Positions 1-13,346 of a stretch of DNA of 64,000 bases are shown here, piece after piece. The stretch is from NCBI GenBank assembly GCA_012295275.1, contig CM022669.1:18290001-18354000 (forward strand), read 5' to 3'. Numbering within the stretch: position 1 is the stretch's first letter; the number at the start of each line of letters is the position of its first letter. Below the pieces are notes generated by a model. That model saw only the letters and a program-made list of their open reading frames with translations. It was not told where the DNA came from and made no database searches. Origin of the DNA: Chrysomallon squamiferum (lineage: Eukaryota > Animalia > Mollusca). The translations under genes were made by a program, and so were the position numbers.

Positions 1-63
1 TTTGTTAAAAATCCGAAAAAGAAATATCAAATATGCAAGGTGTTGGGCTTAGATCTAAATGGG

Positions 64-67
<4 letters not shown>

Positions 68-114
<47 letters not shown>
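68..114. repeat. (GA)n microsatellite followed by an A-run
   Basis: Pure GA dinucleotide run visible directly. Confidence 0.95.
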
Positions 115-119
<5 letters not shown>

Positions 120-1556
120 AAAAAAAAAAAAGGATTATGGTAAATATAATTAAAGACTAATTTGCATATAGTATTGAGGTATCTTGACGCAACACAATGT
201 GCCCATCGGCAGCTATTCGATTTCGTCTGTGGGAAAAAGCGAGGGGTTAGAAGAGGGGCCACGGCTTTTTTGTGGCTTTGTGGTTAATGAACCTTTTGCC
301 AATGTGGCAGGCTTGATGTATGAAATAATTAGAAAAAATCACAAAGGATTGCAAAATATAACTTTACAGAGTTTTGATGCCCGTGTCTATCATAACGTTA
401 CGATCTTTTAACATGTTTCTTTATTCGCGATCGGTTAAAAAAAAGAAAAAGAAGAAAAAAAAAAAAAGAATTAGAAAATATTTTTCGTTTCATTGCGGTT
501 GATAATGTGCATTTGGTTCCAGCGCGCTGCAACATGTGACAAATGAAGGTCTCACCGCTCACCGTTACGGCCCGATATCGACGTCTGGCGATTCACGTGC
601 GCTTTGGCGCAATGCACGCGACATACAACAACCGCAAACTGCGCCTTTCGGTGCATTTATTCCCCGCGTTGATGTTGTGAAAAATGTCACAAAAAATTTC
701 ATATCGATTACACTAAAGAAAATTATGAAAAAAAAAAAAAAAAAAAAAAAAAACCATATTGTTAATGTACTCGTTTCGTGAAAAGGTATTACAGAGAAAT
801 TGTTTTTTAAATGAAACCTGTCAAATACTTGAGCGATTCTGAAACAATATTGTTTTATTTTCGAAAATAGCTCTCAGAATTTACGAACATTATTTGGGAT
901 ATTATTATTATTATTTTTTATTTTGTATCAATTATTATTATTTTTTTTTTTTCCCCATGTATCTCTAACACATGAAAACAAGAAAATGTTTTCCCAACAA
1001 AAAGTCACACTGAGTTTACGTAATTTTAAAGAAAATGTTATTTAATTACAAAGGTGTTATTGACTTGTATGAGAGAGGTGTTTGCGGTTATTCACTGAGA
1101 ATTGTGCACAAAAAAAGAAGAAATTAGAATGTCATTATTTGATTTCAGATGAAACATTAACAATACAGATCTTTTCTACGTTTGAGAATAAGTTTGAATG
1201 AGGTATATTCTGAGAATGTAGAATCAAACGTTCTTTTAGGTTACGTGACTGCAAGGAAATTTTACTTAAAAACGTAAGCAGGATTTTTCTTTGTTTGACA
1301 GGAATGTTGCTTTCTTAAGAGATATGTCAGTAACGTATATTTATGTACGCATGTGAACTGATAAAGCTAGAATTACCGATGGCGAAGATGATGTTCATAA
1401 TGACGATGAATGTTGATGAAGAGGATTTTCGAGAATAATGAGAGTTCAATTTGAAAAAATGTTTGTACAATAAGTAATACTGTATTTAGAAAATGCCAGT
1501 GATGGTGATAATAATGATCATTCGTTCTGGGTAGAAAAGGGTTTTCTGTTTCTACG

Positions 1557-1559
1557 AAA

Positions 1560-1610
<51 letters not shown>

Positions 1611-1630
1611 ACAAACAAACAAACAAACAA
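1557..1630. repeat. (AAAT)n-(AAAC)n compound microsatellite
   Basis: Direct inspection; explains the YLFI-repeat ORF 1373..1630. Confidence 0.9.
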
Positions 1631-3446
1631 AAAAATAACAACAGACAGTCAGTTTTCTTTACAATTATCTTTTCCTTTATTATTTTATTTTAATTTTAAT
1701 TTTAATTTTTTTTCTCCTTCTGCTTCTTCTGTATCTTCTCTTGTTTTTTTCTTGTTTTTTCTTTATTATAGACTACTTCTACAATATTTTCTTCTTTGAT
1801 TTAACCTTGCTCTTCTTCTTCACCATCTTTTTATTTCATTACCTTTTTTCTTTTTTTATTATAATCTATCTTCTTCTTCTTCTTCTTCGTTACCTTCTTA
1901 TTGTTATTAACTTTCTCTTTGGTATCTTTTTTGTTGTCATGAATTCCCTCACTCTCCTCTTTTTTACTTCATCAGTCCTTTTCTTGTTTGTAGTTCATGA
2001 TCATCATCGTCACCATCACCATCATCATCATCATCATTTTCATCCACATCATCATCATCGTCTTCTTCTTCTTCTTTTTCTTCTTCTCCTTCACCTTCAC
2101 AATCCAGTCTTCCTCTTCTTTTTCTTCTTTAATTAAAGCACGCCAGTAATGCAGTCCGATATCTGAAGATTAAATTTTCCTTTTGAAAGAGTAGAACAAA
2201 CGTACACCCCTGTCCCAGCCAGTTATCTAACAGTTTCATCAGCACACACAGAGACACTTTAACCCCCTCGTTAACGCGCCACTAACCGCCGGTAATCTCC
2301 GTCTCAGACTAAGACCTCGTCGGTTATCGTCCTTTGTTTCCCACAGCTCCGATAGGTGTCGCTGCAGGGGAGCCGGATAGAGTTCCTGCAGAACGCAGAC
2401 CTTCATGTCAACGATGCAGACCGCCATTGTGAAGAGGTCTTCGGGGTTTCGAGTTTACCATTAATAATCGAGGCGAGTGGTGCAACCGAAGACCGCTCCA
2501 ATATATCACGGTGACTTATGGTTAATTTGGTACTGAAAAGATGTATTAGATTCGTAAACGCGGGAGTCTTTTGAAAAAAAAACCTCAACAACAGCAATAC
2601 GAGCTAATGATAAAACAGTATTGTTTGTGTTTGTGTCTAGGGTTCTTCTTCTTCTTCTTTTTTTTTTTTTTTTTTTTCATAATTTTTTTTTTCTTTTGAT
2701 GATTCAATTTCGTTCTTTCTTTCGTTTTTTTTTTTTCGTTTTTTTTTTTTTTCTTTTCTATAGTTAATTAAATTTTCTACGTATTTTCTGGCCTATTTTT
2801 GAGATTTTATTATCTTTATTATTGTCGTCGTATTAACTCTTTTATTACTATTACTAACACTTCTTATTATTCTACTACAACTGCTACTACTACTACTACT
2901 ACTACAATAACACAACAACAGCAACTACTTCTATTGATAGTTATGCTACTGTCGTCACTATCATTACCAATATAACTAAACAATGACAACAGCTATTACT
3001 ACCAGCGCCACCAGTATTACTATCACCACTACGGCAGCAACTACCACATCTTCTACAGTCACCACTAGCATAATATGAACACATCTTTATACGTACACGA
3101 CATAAACACGAAACAAACACGATATCAAAAGATTTTCTGGAACAAGATAACAATGTCTGTTACTTCTCTGTCCTCGTAACTCTTGAAATGATAAGAAAAA
3201 ACCTCTTTCTTAACCTTTTCTCTCAGCCACCATCACGTAACCCGAGTCTTATAGTTTCTGAATATCATGTTCTCAGTTCTCAGAAGCGTTATTAGAATGT
3301 CTGTTTTCATATGATGACGAAGTCAAAGAAACTCTATGGTTAACTGAACGATCGAAAATGTTTACTTTCATATCTATGATTTTATTTTATTTTATTTTAT
3401 TTTATATATTTTTTTTTTATTTATATTTTTTTTTTTGTTATATTTT

Positions 3447-3482
<36 letters not shown>

Positions 3483-3751
3483 TTTTTATTTATTTATTTA
3501 TTTATTTATTATTATTTTTTTGTTTTTTGAATGATTCTCGAAAAATATTTGGAGAAGTAAAGAAACTAGCTTGACACTGAAATTAAAACTAAAATTTGAA
3601 TGCTTTAATGATAAAATACATTTCTTTAAATTTTCTATTTATATAATAATTATTCACACACTTATAAACCTTTTTTTCTTGTCTTTTTCTGTTTTCTTTT
3701 TTAAATTAATAATTCAAATTTAAAAAAGAAAAAATGATAAAGAAATTAATT

Positions 3752-3788
<37 letters not shown>

Positions 3789-5683
3789 GTCTTTTGATAA
3801 CCTTTCCGTTTTCGATTAAAACAGTTTGCCCATAAATAAAACCAACAAACCTTTTTGATTATGGAGTTCACCAACAAAATAAAATAGATGAATTCTGCGA
3901 AAAAATCTTGTTTTAATATCTTCCAACATACTGAATCATTTCGTAACAAATAAGCACACAATAAATTTTCTCTCCGACCTGCCAATGTGTAAAATATTTC
4001 ACATCGAGAAAAACACACTTTTCATTCTTCCAGACTCGTGACCTGTGTGTAGTACACACACAAATCAAAAAACTTTTGTGTTAACAAAGTGTCAAAAATC
4101 GGACTGCGGCTGATCTCGGGGGCTACGTGGGCGACAACGTGGTCATCTCGTGGAGAACGACGTCATTACTGGCTGAACAAAAAAATGTTCAGCATCGAAA
4201 ATCGGATATTTTGAAAGAATGAAGTGGCAGAAATGAATTATTATTTTTATTGTTGTTAATGTTGTTGTTGTTGTTACTATTATTATTATTGTTATTAGTA
4301 TTATTACTGTTGTTGTTATTATTATTGTTGTTTTTATTATTGTTTTTTTATTATTATTATTGTTGTTATTGTTGTTATTATTGATTTATTATTATTCTTA
4401 TTGGTTTTGTTCTTATTAGTATTGTTACTGTTGTTGTTGTAGTTGTTGTAGTCGTCGTCTCACTGTTATTACTGATTAGTGTTATCGGTTCGCTGCAGCA
4501 TCGTTGCTCTCATATACCTTTTTTTTTTACGACATCTTAGATGTTGCCATTATAATCATCTTTGAGCCATTATCATCATCAGCCATTTTATCATTATTCT
4601 ATATGACGGATATTATTTTCATTAATGAAAAAAAAAAAAAGAATACCCCCCCCCACCCAAGACACTTTTCACATCTCGTCATCTCTCTCTTGCTACGTAA
4701 TAATATTAACGGAATCACACGAACTGCTGCCTGCATTGTTTCAAAACCTCCGACCACTCGATCAAAAAAATCAGTTCAGTGTCTCGAAGATCCCATAAAT
4801 CTAAATCTCAGCCTATCTCGCGAGATTTCGTGACGTCACAGGAGACGTTATTACTATTATTGTTATTATAACTTTATTATTATTATTATTATTAATTTTT
4901 AATTTTTTTTTTTTTTTTTTTTTTTTTTTGGATCTAAATGTCATGCCCATCGACAGAAGAGATATATCAAAAAACCCGCAGAATTGGTACAACGTATTTA
5001 TCAAGGAATTCAAACCATGGGAATTTCCATAAGGAAACACGAACTCGGTGAAACAGATGTGCACGTTAATTTAATCTGCATGAAAAGTACAATGAAAATT
5101 AATACATTCACGATCGACACTCTTTTTCTGTGAAGTGAGAAAATATAGTGCAGATTACCAAATTTTTAATACGCAATTTTCTTTTTCTTTTTTCTTTTTT
5201 TTCAAAATATAATTTTTTTTTTTTTGTGTGTTGGGCATTTTAATTGGTTCTGGCGATGTGAAGAGCAGAAGAAGAAGAAGAAGAAGAAGAAAATACGATT
5301 TAGGAATAATAATAATTAATCAATTATAATTTTTGTTTTATTATTTTATTATTATTGTTTTTGCTCTTTCTTTTAAATGATGTGGTATCGAGCAAAAAAA
5401 AAATAATAATACTTAAAATTTTAAAAAAAACTCTGTGTATATATATTATAGAATAATAATAATAATAAAATAATAATTTGTCTTCTTTTTTTCCTTCTTT
5501 TTTGAAGGGAAGTTTAATTGGTTTTGACAATAGAAAAAGAAACATATGAAACATAATTTATAATTTATTATATTTTGTTTTCGTTGTTGTTGTTGTTGTA
5601 ATTATTATTATTATTATTATAATGATGTGGTATTGACTGAAAAAGGATTAATAATAAAACATAAACAATACCTGGCATATTGA

Positions 5684-5717
<34 letters not shown>

Positions 5718-5729
5718 TTATATATATAA

Positions 5730-5763
<34 letters not shown>

Positions 5764-6329
5764 TGCAATATGAGGAGAAGAAGAGAAAAAAGAAGAAAAC
5801 ACTGATACGAATTAATAATTTATAATATTTTTTTTAAATGTTCTGGTATTAGAACAAAAAAAAAAAAAAAAAAATAATAAAATAAAATAAAAATAAAAAA
5901 TAACAAAAAAAAAAAAAAAAAAATAAAAAAAAAAAATTCCAATAGGATTAATATATATATATATATTTTTAAAATCCACGACAGTATCAATATCTTACAA
6001 ATCTTGCAGCATAATCATGACTGGATTAATTAATAAACAAGCAACAAACAAATAAGTAAGTAAAGGATCTACATTTATAACTAAATAAATAATCAATTAA
6101 ATATGTGTTTATAAATAAATAAAAAATAGTTAAAAAAAAAAAATAAAAATAAAGAAGTAAATAAACAAATATTAAATGATTTAAGTAAGTAAATAAATAA
6201 AAGCTAAATAAATAAATAAATAAACACACAAACAAACAAACAAATAAATAAACACACAAACAAGCAAACAAATAAATAAATATATAAATAAATATATAAA
6301 TAATAAATAAATAAATAAATAAATAAATA

Positions 6330-6595
6330 AACACACAAACAAACAAACAAACAAAAACAATTTTTTTTTTAAACAGACATGTCACTCCAGCCTAAAAACA
6401 AACAAACAAACAAACAAAAACAATTTTTTTTTTTTAAACAGACATGTCACTCCAGCCTAAAAACAAACAAACAAACAAACAAAAACATTTTTTTTTTTAA
6501 AACAGACATGTCACTCCAGCCTAAAAACAAACAAACAAACAAACAAAAACAACTTTTTTTTTTTTTAAAACAGACATGTCACTCCAGCCTAAAAG
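6330..6595. repeat. About 65-bp tandem repeat, 4 copies
   Basis: Identical core CAGACATGTCACTCCAGCCTAAAA at 6374, 6439, 6503 and 6571 (periods 65, 64, 68), separated by (AAAC)n and T-runs of variable length. Confidence 0.95.
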
Positions 6596-7809
6596 CAACC
6601 CACATTTACTGAGATCGTCACATCCCACGTTTATTCAAGTCTACACTTTATGACACTGCCTATTCCGGACAACACTCAATACCACACTCTTTTGTTGACG
6701 CCTACTTCTTTCCGTGGATCAGCCCATATTATTTTTTTTTTGTACGTAATACACACCTCGCTTATACACCGAAAATTACTTAAACCGACTTTCATTGTGG
6801 AGAAATTTTGGAGGTGAAGATGTAATTATTGCTTCACAGTCACACAAGTTTTCGTTTTCTAGTTGTTTTTCTTCTTCTTTAAAAAAAAAAAAAAAAAATA
6901 ATAATAATAATAAAATAAATGTGAAAAAAAAAAAAAAAAAAAAAATAAAAGAAATTGTTTAAGATTTAAAAAAAAAAAAAAAAAAAACACAAAGGAAGAA
7001 AGATGACTTGGGCCACACGGTCCGCCGGATGTTTTGTCACGGGTAACAATTAGACTTGGTTCATCAGTATCACGATATGACCATTCAACGCCTTGTTTTG
7101 TTTACGATGTGCACAGTCATTGCGTCTATGGCAATTTGACAATATTTGGCTGCCAAATGAAGCGTAAGGATTTGTCACAGTTGTTAAACAGTTAAACGCG
7201 AAAGGAGACCAGCCCTGGTGGTCCGAGAGATAGACACGCAACGAACTGACGTATTGCTTACTCGTATTAGGTTCACAAACTAAGCTGCAGTCCTTTAGAA
7301 CTGAACAAAACAACCCACACAAAACAATGGATTCAGTAGTTAAAGGAAGGAAAAAAAAAAAAAAAAAAAAAAGCCCCAGAAATCGTTACCGTCTTAGGAG
7401 TGACTTTTGTTGTGTAAAAGATATTTAAATAGTTTCTGAAGGATTTTGAAATCTTCAACGTCTCCATGTCTGTTGTGTATCGTTTTATTGCGTCACAGCA
7501 GAAATACACACAAAAAAAGAGAGACACAAACAAACAACAACAACAACAAAAAAATAATAATAAAAAAAATTAGAACTCGTAGTTTGACAGTCTTATTAAC
7601 AGCATACCACTAACTACAGATCTGCTACAGTTCAGTTTACTACCAAGTTAATTTTCATACATCTACAATAGCAAACAATGCTAATACTATAAACACCACG
7701 TCAAATACAGATGTTTAAATACTAGTGAAGAAATGGAATAGTATTTTCTCTCTTTCTCTCTTTCTCAGTCTCTCTGTCTCTCTCTCTCTCACACACAACT
7801 CATCCACAC

Positions 7810-7863
7810 ACACAGTCACACATCATGTTTTAACAACACAGTCGAACATCATGTTTTAACAAC
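7810..7863. repeat. About 27-bp tandem duplication
   Basis: ACACAGTCnnACATCATGTTTTAACAAC present twice in tandem. Confidence 0.85.
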
Positions 7864-8230
7864 TACGTACACAATAATTAAATTATACAGCAATACACGT
7901 CGTGTTCAAGACAAACAGTTTATCATTATTGCAAACAAATTCGGATCCTTGTTGAAGATCGTAATCATTATGACGTACCGGCACAGTGTTACTCACCACA
8001 GAATAAAACTGCAACGACTGAGGTATATTATTATTACACTTTAATTGGAAATGCCAAACAACTTTATCTGACAGTACTATATTCTGTTTCATGAACCTAA
8101 TGACAGCGATATGCCACATGCTCGGCATTTGTTCCCTGCTCTGTCTAAATAATTTATGAAGCGATGTAAGCTAACAGCGTTTATCGATATAGTTATTAAA
8201 AAAAAAAAAAAAAAAAAATAATAATAATAA

Positions 8231-8261
<31 letters not shown>

Positions 8262-8379
8262 AAGAAGAAGAAGAAAAAAAAAAAAATCTTTTCTGCTCAA
8301 ATGTGTGAGTATTGGGGGGATGGAAAAACATCTTTGAAGTTAACAGAAAGATTCTGTTTTCTATAAAGAGCCATCACTT

Positions 8380-8830
8380 CTCATTTAAGCGAAGCGCGAA
8401 GATGCTCGGCTAACTCCGGAAATTTTTAGCCTTAAAAAAAGCTATTGGCTTATATTGTTAACGACAATCAGTCGAGATGGAATCAGACGCCTCATAAAAG
8501 GATCTTGTAATTGTTTTTCTCTGCACTACAACGACTCGAACTAAAGTTCGCGACAGTCAGAGAACAGAAACTGAATAATCCTATTTGTTTACAGTAATTC
8601 GATGACGCGAAACGGATTACTGGACATTTTTTTCTTTGAAACGGCGTTAATAAGTACGACTTAGCGCGTCGACCGTAACAACCCGAAATGGCAACTTCCG
8701 TGCGCGCATGCTCATTAAATTAACGCGCAAATAGGCAGACATCAACACTTCCGGTACTGGCGCTGTTACAAGATCAGAGTAAAGCCCCTTTTAATAATGG
8801 CGGACGGAGCATCCACTTCGTCTTAATTGT
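8380..8830. promoter_or_regulatory. Candidate promoter or enhancer (CpG-rich island with ETS, NRF1-like and YY1 motifs)
   Basis: ACTTCCGT 8694-8701, TGCGCGCATGCT 8701-8712, CACTTCCGGT 8746-8755 and AATGGCGG 8796-8803 within 110 bp; function is inferred from motif similarity only. Confidence 0.4.
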
Positions 8831-9415
8831 AGGGAAATGAATGATCTCGTTTTTGACAAATTGAACGACTTTGAACACTTCCATTTGCGTTAAAATTGGA
8901 ATTTAATTATTTAAGAACATGTGTTGCGTTTGATGGATTCATTTTTCGTTCTTTTATTCTTTAAGCTTTGGTTATGTGATTAGGATCGTTTTTTTTTTTT
9001 TTTTTCTTGTTTTCTTTTTTCCTTTTTTTTCTTTTTTTTTCTCCTTACATTTTTCTTTTTCAGTCGTCGGTTTTAACGGGAAGGAAGACGTCCACTAAGA
9101 ATTGAAGCGATCTGCGCTCCTGACGTCTTGCTTTAACTATTTTACAATTTTAGTTATTTTAATTTTTTTTTTTTTTAAATTTTAAATTAAGAATTTCGAG
9201 AATAAATGAAAAATAAATAAATGGAAGAAGAAGAAGAAAAAAAATGAACAGAGGAAGGAAAGGAAATGAAAAGAAAACGTGTAGCTAAAATATGATATTA
9301 ATGATGATGATAATGATGATGCTGCTGATGATGATGATGAAAACTGAAAGTTATCAATAAAAATACAAATTAAAAGTCATAAGTCATATTGTACATATGG
9401 TACATATTTAATGTT

Positions 9416-9416
<1 letters not shown>

Positions 9417-9447
<31 letters not shown>

Positions 9448-9600
9448 TACATACATACATATATACATAACTACATACATACTTACTTTCATACATATAT
9501 ATACATAGATGCATATATACATACATTCATACATATATGCATGCATACATACATACATACATGAATACATACATACATACATATATATATACGAATACAT
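9417..9600. repeat. (TACA)n/(CA)n/(TA)n compound microsatellite
   Basis: Direct inspection. Confidence 0.9.
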
Positions 9601-11838
9601 ATTCATATACACTGCAAATATTACTACCACTACTACAACAGCGTATCTAATATTAATACCACATCGTCTACACTTCAACGACTACAACAGCTACTACCAT
9701 TATTACTACTAATACTTTAACTTCATTTAACATAAATACTGCAACCAACACGACGACAACAACGACTACTAACATAGACACCACTACTAAAACTACTACT
9801 ACCTCTACTACTACTACTACATATACTTACTATCGCTGTTTCTACTTCTAATGTTGCTGTTGTTGATTATTGCTAATACTCAATACACTAACAGCCTTAT
9901 TCAAATTCCGTTTACATAACAGATGTAACAAACAACAGCTGTATTTTGTAATTAGATCAGCGTGGATATTTCAATATTTTAAAATCACAGATGAGCGCTA
10001 AGGCTGTGTTTTCTAATTACTAGTGCTACTGTTCTGTGGCGTCTGTGATAAGCTATTTTAAAACAGATCACATCTTAAATGAATAATAATTCTGAAAAAA
10101 AAAAAACACACAAAAAAAAACAACCCCAACAAAACAAACGTGTTCTGTTTTAAACACAACCTTGATATATTTTTTTTTTTTATATACTCGTACAGTAGTT
10201 TTATTAAGCGGGGAAGCAAGTTCATTGCTTAATATATAACAATTTTGTCCTTTTTTTTTTGTTGTTTTGTTTTCTGTCGTGGGAAAAACTGAACTAATTA
10301 CTGTACAATTCAAACCAAAAAATTGTTCTCTCTTTCTCTTCAGGGGGTAGCGCTAAATTGCACACATCTGAAATAAAAAGCTCTCTAATATTGGAATAAT
10401 TAATTTACATGTTGCGTCCGACGGTCGCTGTGTTGGGGAAAGTGGCTGTTTGCTGCAGCGTTTGACGTTGCCCAGCGAGCATTGTTGCAACGACTGACGT
10501 CGTGAGACGTCGCATACTGGCTTTGATGTTGGAAAATAACCATGCTACGATGACGGAGATTAGGGATATCGGGCCGTTAATATCAGTGGTTCGCCAACGA
10601 GTGTGGGAAGTGTTTGGATTGAAGACCTTTTCTAGAGAAAAAAAAAAAATGAAAAAAAGATTAAAAAAATAAAATAAAATAAAATAAAAAGAAAAATAGT
10701 ACTTGTAAAGAAAACAAGATATTTGAGAAAAATGTCAAAAATTTCTGAAAAGAAAAGAAAAGGAAAGAAAAGGAAGAGAAAGAGAGAGAAAAAAGAGAAT
10801 ATCAGAGGATGAAATCTGAATAAAGGTATTGTGGATGAGATATGATTTTGAAATGAGAAGTAAGATAAAGATAAAACGAAATAAAGAAAGAAAAGAAACA
10901 AACGAAAACTGAAAAAGAAGAAGCAAAAAGTAAATAATAATAGAAAAACTCAAACAAAAACAACAAACAAAAGAATAAAAAATAAAAAATGCAGTTAATA
11001 ATAATAAAGAAATAAAAAAATAAAATAATATAAAATTAAAGACAGAAACATCATTATACTTAATTTAAAGAAAATCCTCTTTTTACATATTTCTAATCTA
11101 AAGTCTTGTTAAAACCTGACAAGACAATACGTTTTTATTCAAATTATGTATATCACTTTATATCAGTATGATATATATACATATGTAATTTATAATAATG
11201 TAATACATATTTGTAAGTGCTAATAATAACAGAAGTACTAGTGATATTACTAGTAATAGTTTGTATTAACAGCATCATTCGATTAGTGACAGAGTTGTTG
11301 TTGCAGTGTATAACAGCAGGGTAGTTGTAGTTGTTTTTATAGTATACTGTAACAGTAGTAGTAGTAGTTGTTACTTGAATATGAAGTTAAAACTATTTTG
11401 ATCACGATCCAATAAAACAGAATTGCTTCCTTGTCATACATTATACACACAATCGTTATGTCTTCTGTAATGTTAGGATTAAGATATTAAAACAAATGCC
11501 ATGCGATACTGTAAATGATACTAGTGATACGTTATGCCTGTAAGAAATACAACAATACTATCTGACATCTATTTCTGTCTAGCAATATGGTTTTTATTTT
11601 GTTTGACACCGTGTCATAAATTACGTCAGCTGTTTTTTTGAATATTAATGTGTAATGGCAAAGTATGATACATGTGTGAGTGTGTGAGTGTGTGTGACTG
11701 TGTGTGTGTGTGTCTGTGTGTGTGTGTGTGTGTGTAAATATATTGTAAAGTGTTTAGTTTCTAATATATTCTCTTTTGATATTTTTCATTCTTATTTTGT
11801 TTGTTGATATTTGTTCTTCTTACTAAACTCCTTTTTTA

Positions 11839-11842
<4 letters not shown>

Positions 11843-11918
<76 letters not shown>
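11843..11918. repeat. (CT)n microsatellite
   Basis: Pure run. Confidence 0.95.
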
Positions 11919-11921
<3 letters not shown>

Positions 11922-12069
11922 CTTTTAGTATTAAACTGCCTTATCTCTCGCGGTATATTGGAAATACTACAATTGTAAGCATAAAGATTTCGAATATGAA
12001 TATCATTATTTATCATTATAATCATCATCATAATTACTATTATTTATTATTTATTATTACTATTATTTA

Positions 12070-12110
<41 letters not shown>

Positions 12111-12756
12111 CATTATTGCTATTATTATTATAATTAGTATTTTTATATAACGAATAAAACATATTTATTCTGTTCCAATTTACGTGAACACACTTCTGAA
12201 AGAAATTTCGTACGTTTTGATATAATGACGTTTAATTTCGAATAGGTGTCAATTTTCCTAATGAATTTCGCATTTACTATAGATTTTTCCGAACAAACAA
12301 ACTCGCTTTTCTGTGTGTGTATTTTTGTTCACTTTGGCTTCTCTAAACCAAACGACTGCAAACAACACATGTTTACGTTCAGGTAATCGAGTGGTAATTT
12401 ATCTTTAACGACATTGTTCCATTAACGACTTTTAATATTATTTAACCAAGACGTTTTTTTTTCTTTCTCTAATTCGTTTTTTTTCACCCGATTTGTTCCT
12501 TCCGTCGAGCTAACACCCCTGGACCGGAAATGCATCGATTGTCATGCGCACCGATGCATATTACTTTCCAACTGACAGATTCCCTTTAAGAAGTAACAAA
12601 GCGTTTCGGATTAAAAGTCTTTTCAAGCAATTTACTTTTCATTCGAGTCATAAATTCTCGTCAGCACGCGCTGAATAACACGGAACCCCATTTTCATTTT
12701 GATTTCTTAAGACACTGATATCACACTGCAATTGATGAACAATTTCAACGTCCATT

Positions 12757-12788
<32 letters not shown>

Positions 12789-12856
12789 TTCAAATACAAA
12801 TGACACTTTTTGTACTTTCGATCTTTTCTTTGCTTTTGGATCATCTGGCAATTTTG

Positions 12857-12887
<31 letters not shown>

Positions 12888-13262
12888 CTGTTGCGGTTTC
12901 CTCGATCGATTAGGAACAAATGAATAAATTTGCATTTCTGTTTAGGCCCAATGGTTGTGGCTTTTTGATGGGGAGATGCAAGGCATATTAATGAAGCTAT
13001 ACACGCTCTCTCGACAGTTCGTTAGCGAAAGAGACAATGCTGATTTGGCCGTCTCTCGGGTGATTACGGTATTCGCCGCAAACCACGAAACGTTTTCCGA
13101 ATTAAACCGAAACAAAAAGTCAAAACTCCAATACTTTTCTCCTGGGGCTTTAAGGCAAAAATCGACTTTTTTTTTCTTTTTCTTTTTTTCCTTTCAATTT
13201 TTTTTTTTTTTTTTTGCGGTTTTCATGCCAACTGCTATCTTTTTTTGGTTAACAGAAATTAA

Positions 13263-13264
<2 letters not shown>

Positions 13265-13345
<81 letters not shown>
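13265..13345. repeat. (AAT)n microsatellite
   Basis: Pure run. Confidence 0.95.

Positions 13346-13346
<1 letters not shown>

Noticed and set aside
639-654. TGCGCC-TTTC-GGTGCA 6-bp stem with a 4-nt loop, resembling a histone stem-loop
   Set aside because: Stem does not match GGYYCT/AGRGCC and there is no histone ORF upstream
2239-2597. Non-repeat ORFs and an acceptor-like TTTGTTTCCCACAG near 2346
   Set aside because: All three frames after the AG stop within about 30 codons, no recognisable domain and no strong donor
7935-7947. ACAAATTCGGATC, complementary to the 3' part of miR-10
   Set aside because: Only 13 nt, the seed end is missing and there is no precursor hairpin
12630-12690. Minus-strand CTGACGA...GAAT resembling a hammerhead ribozyme core
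   Set aside because: Stem II is only 2 bp, GAAA is not correctly placed and I could not build stems I and III
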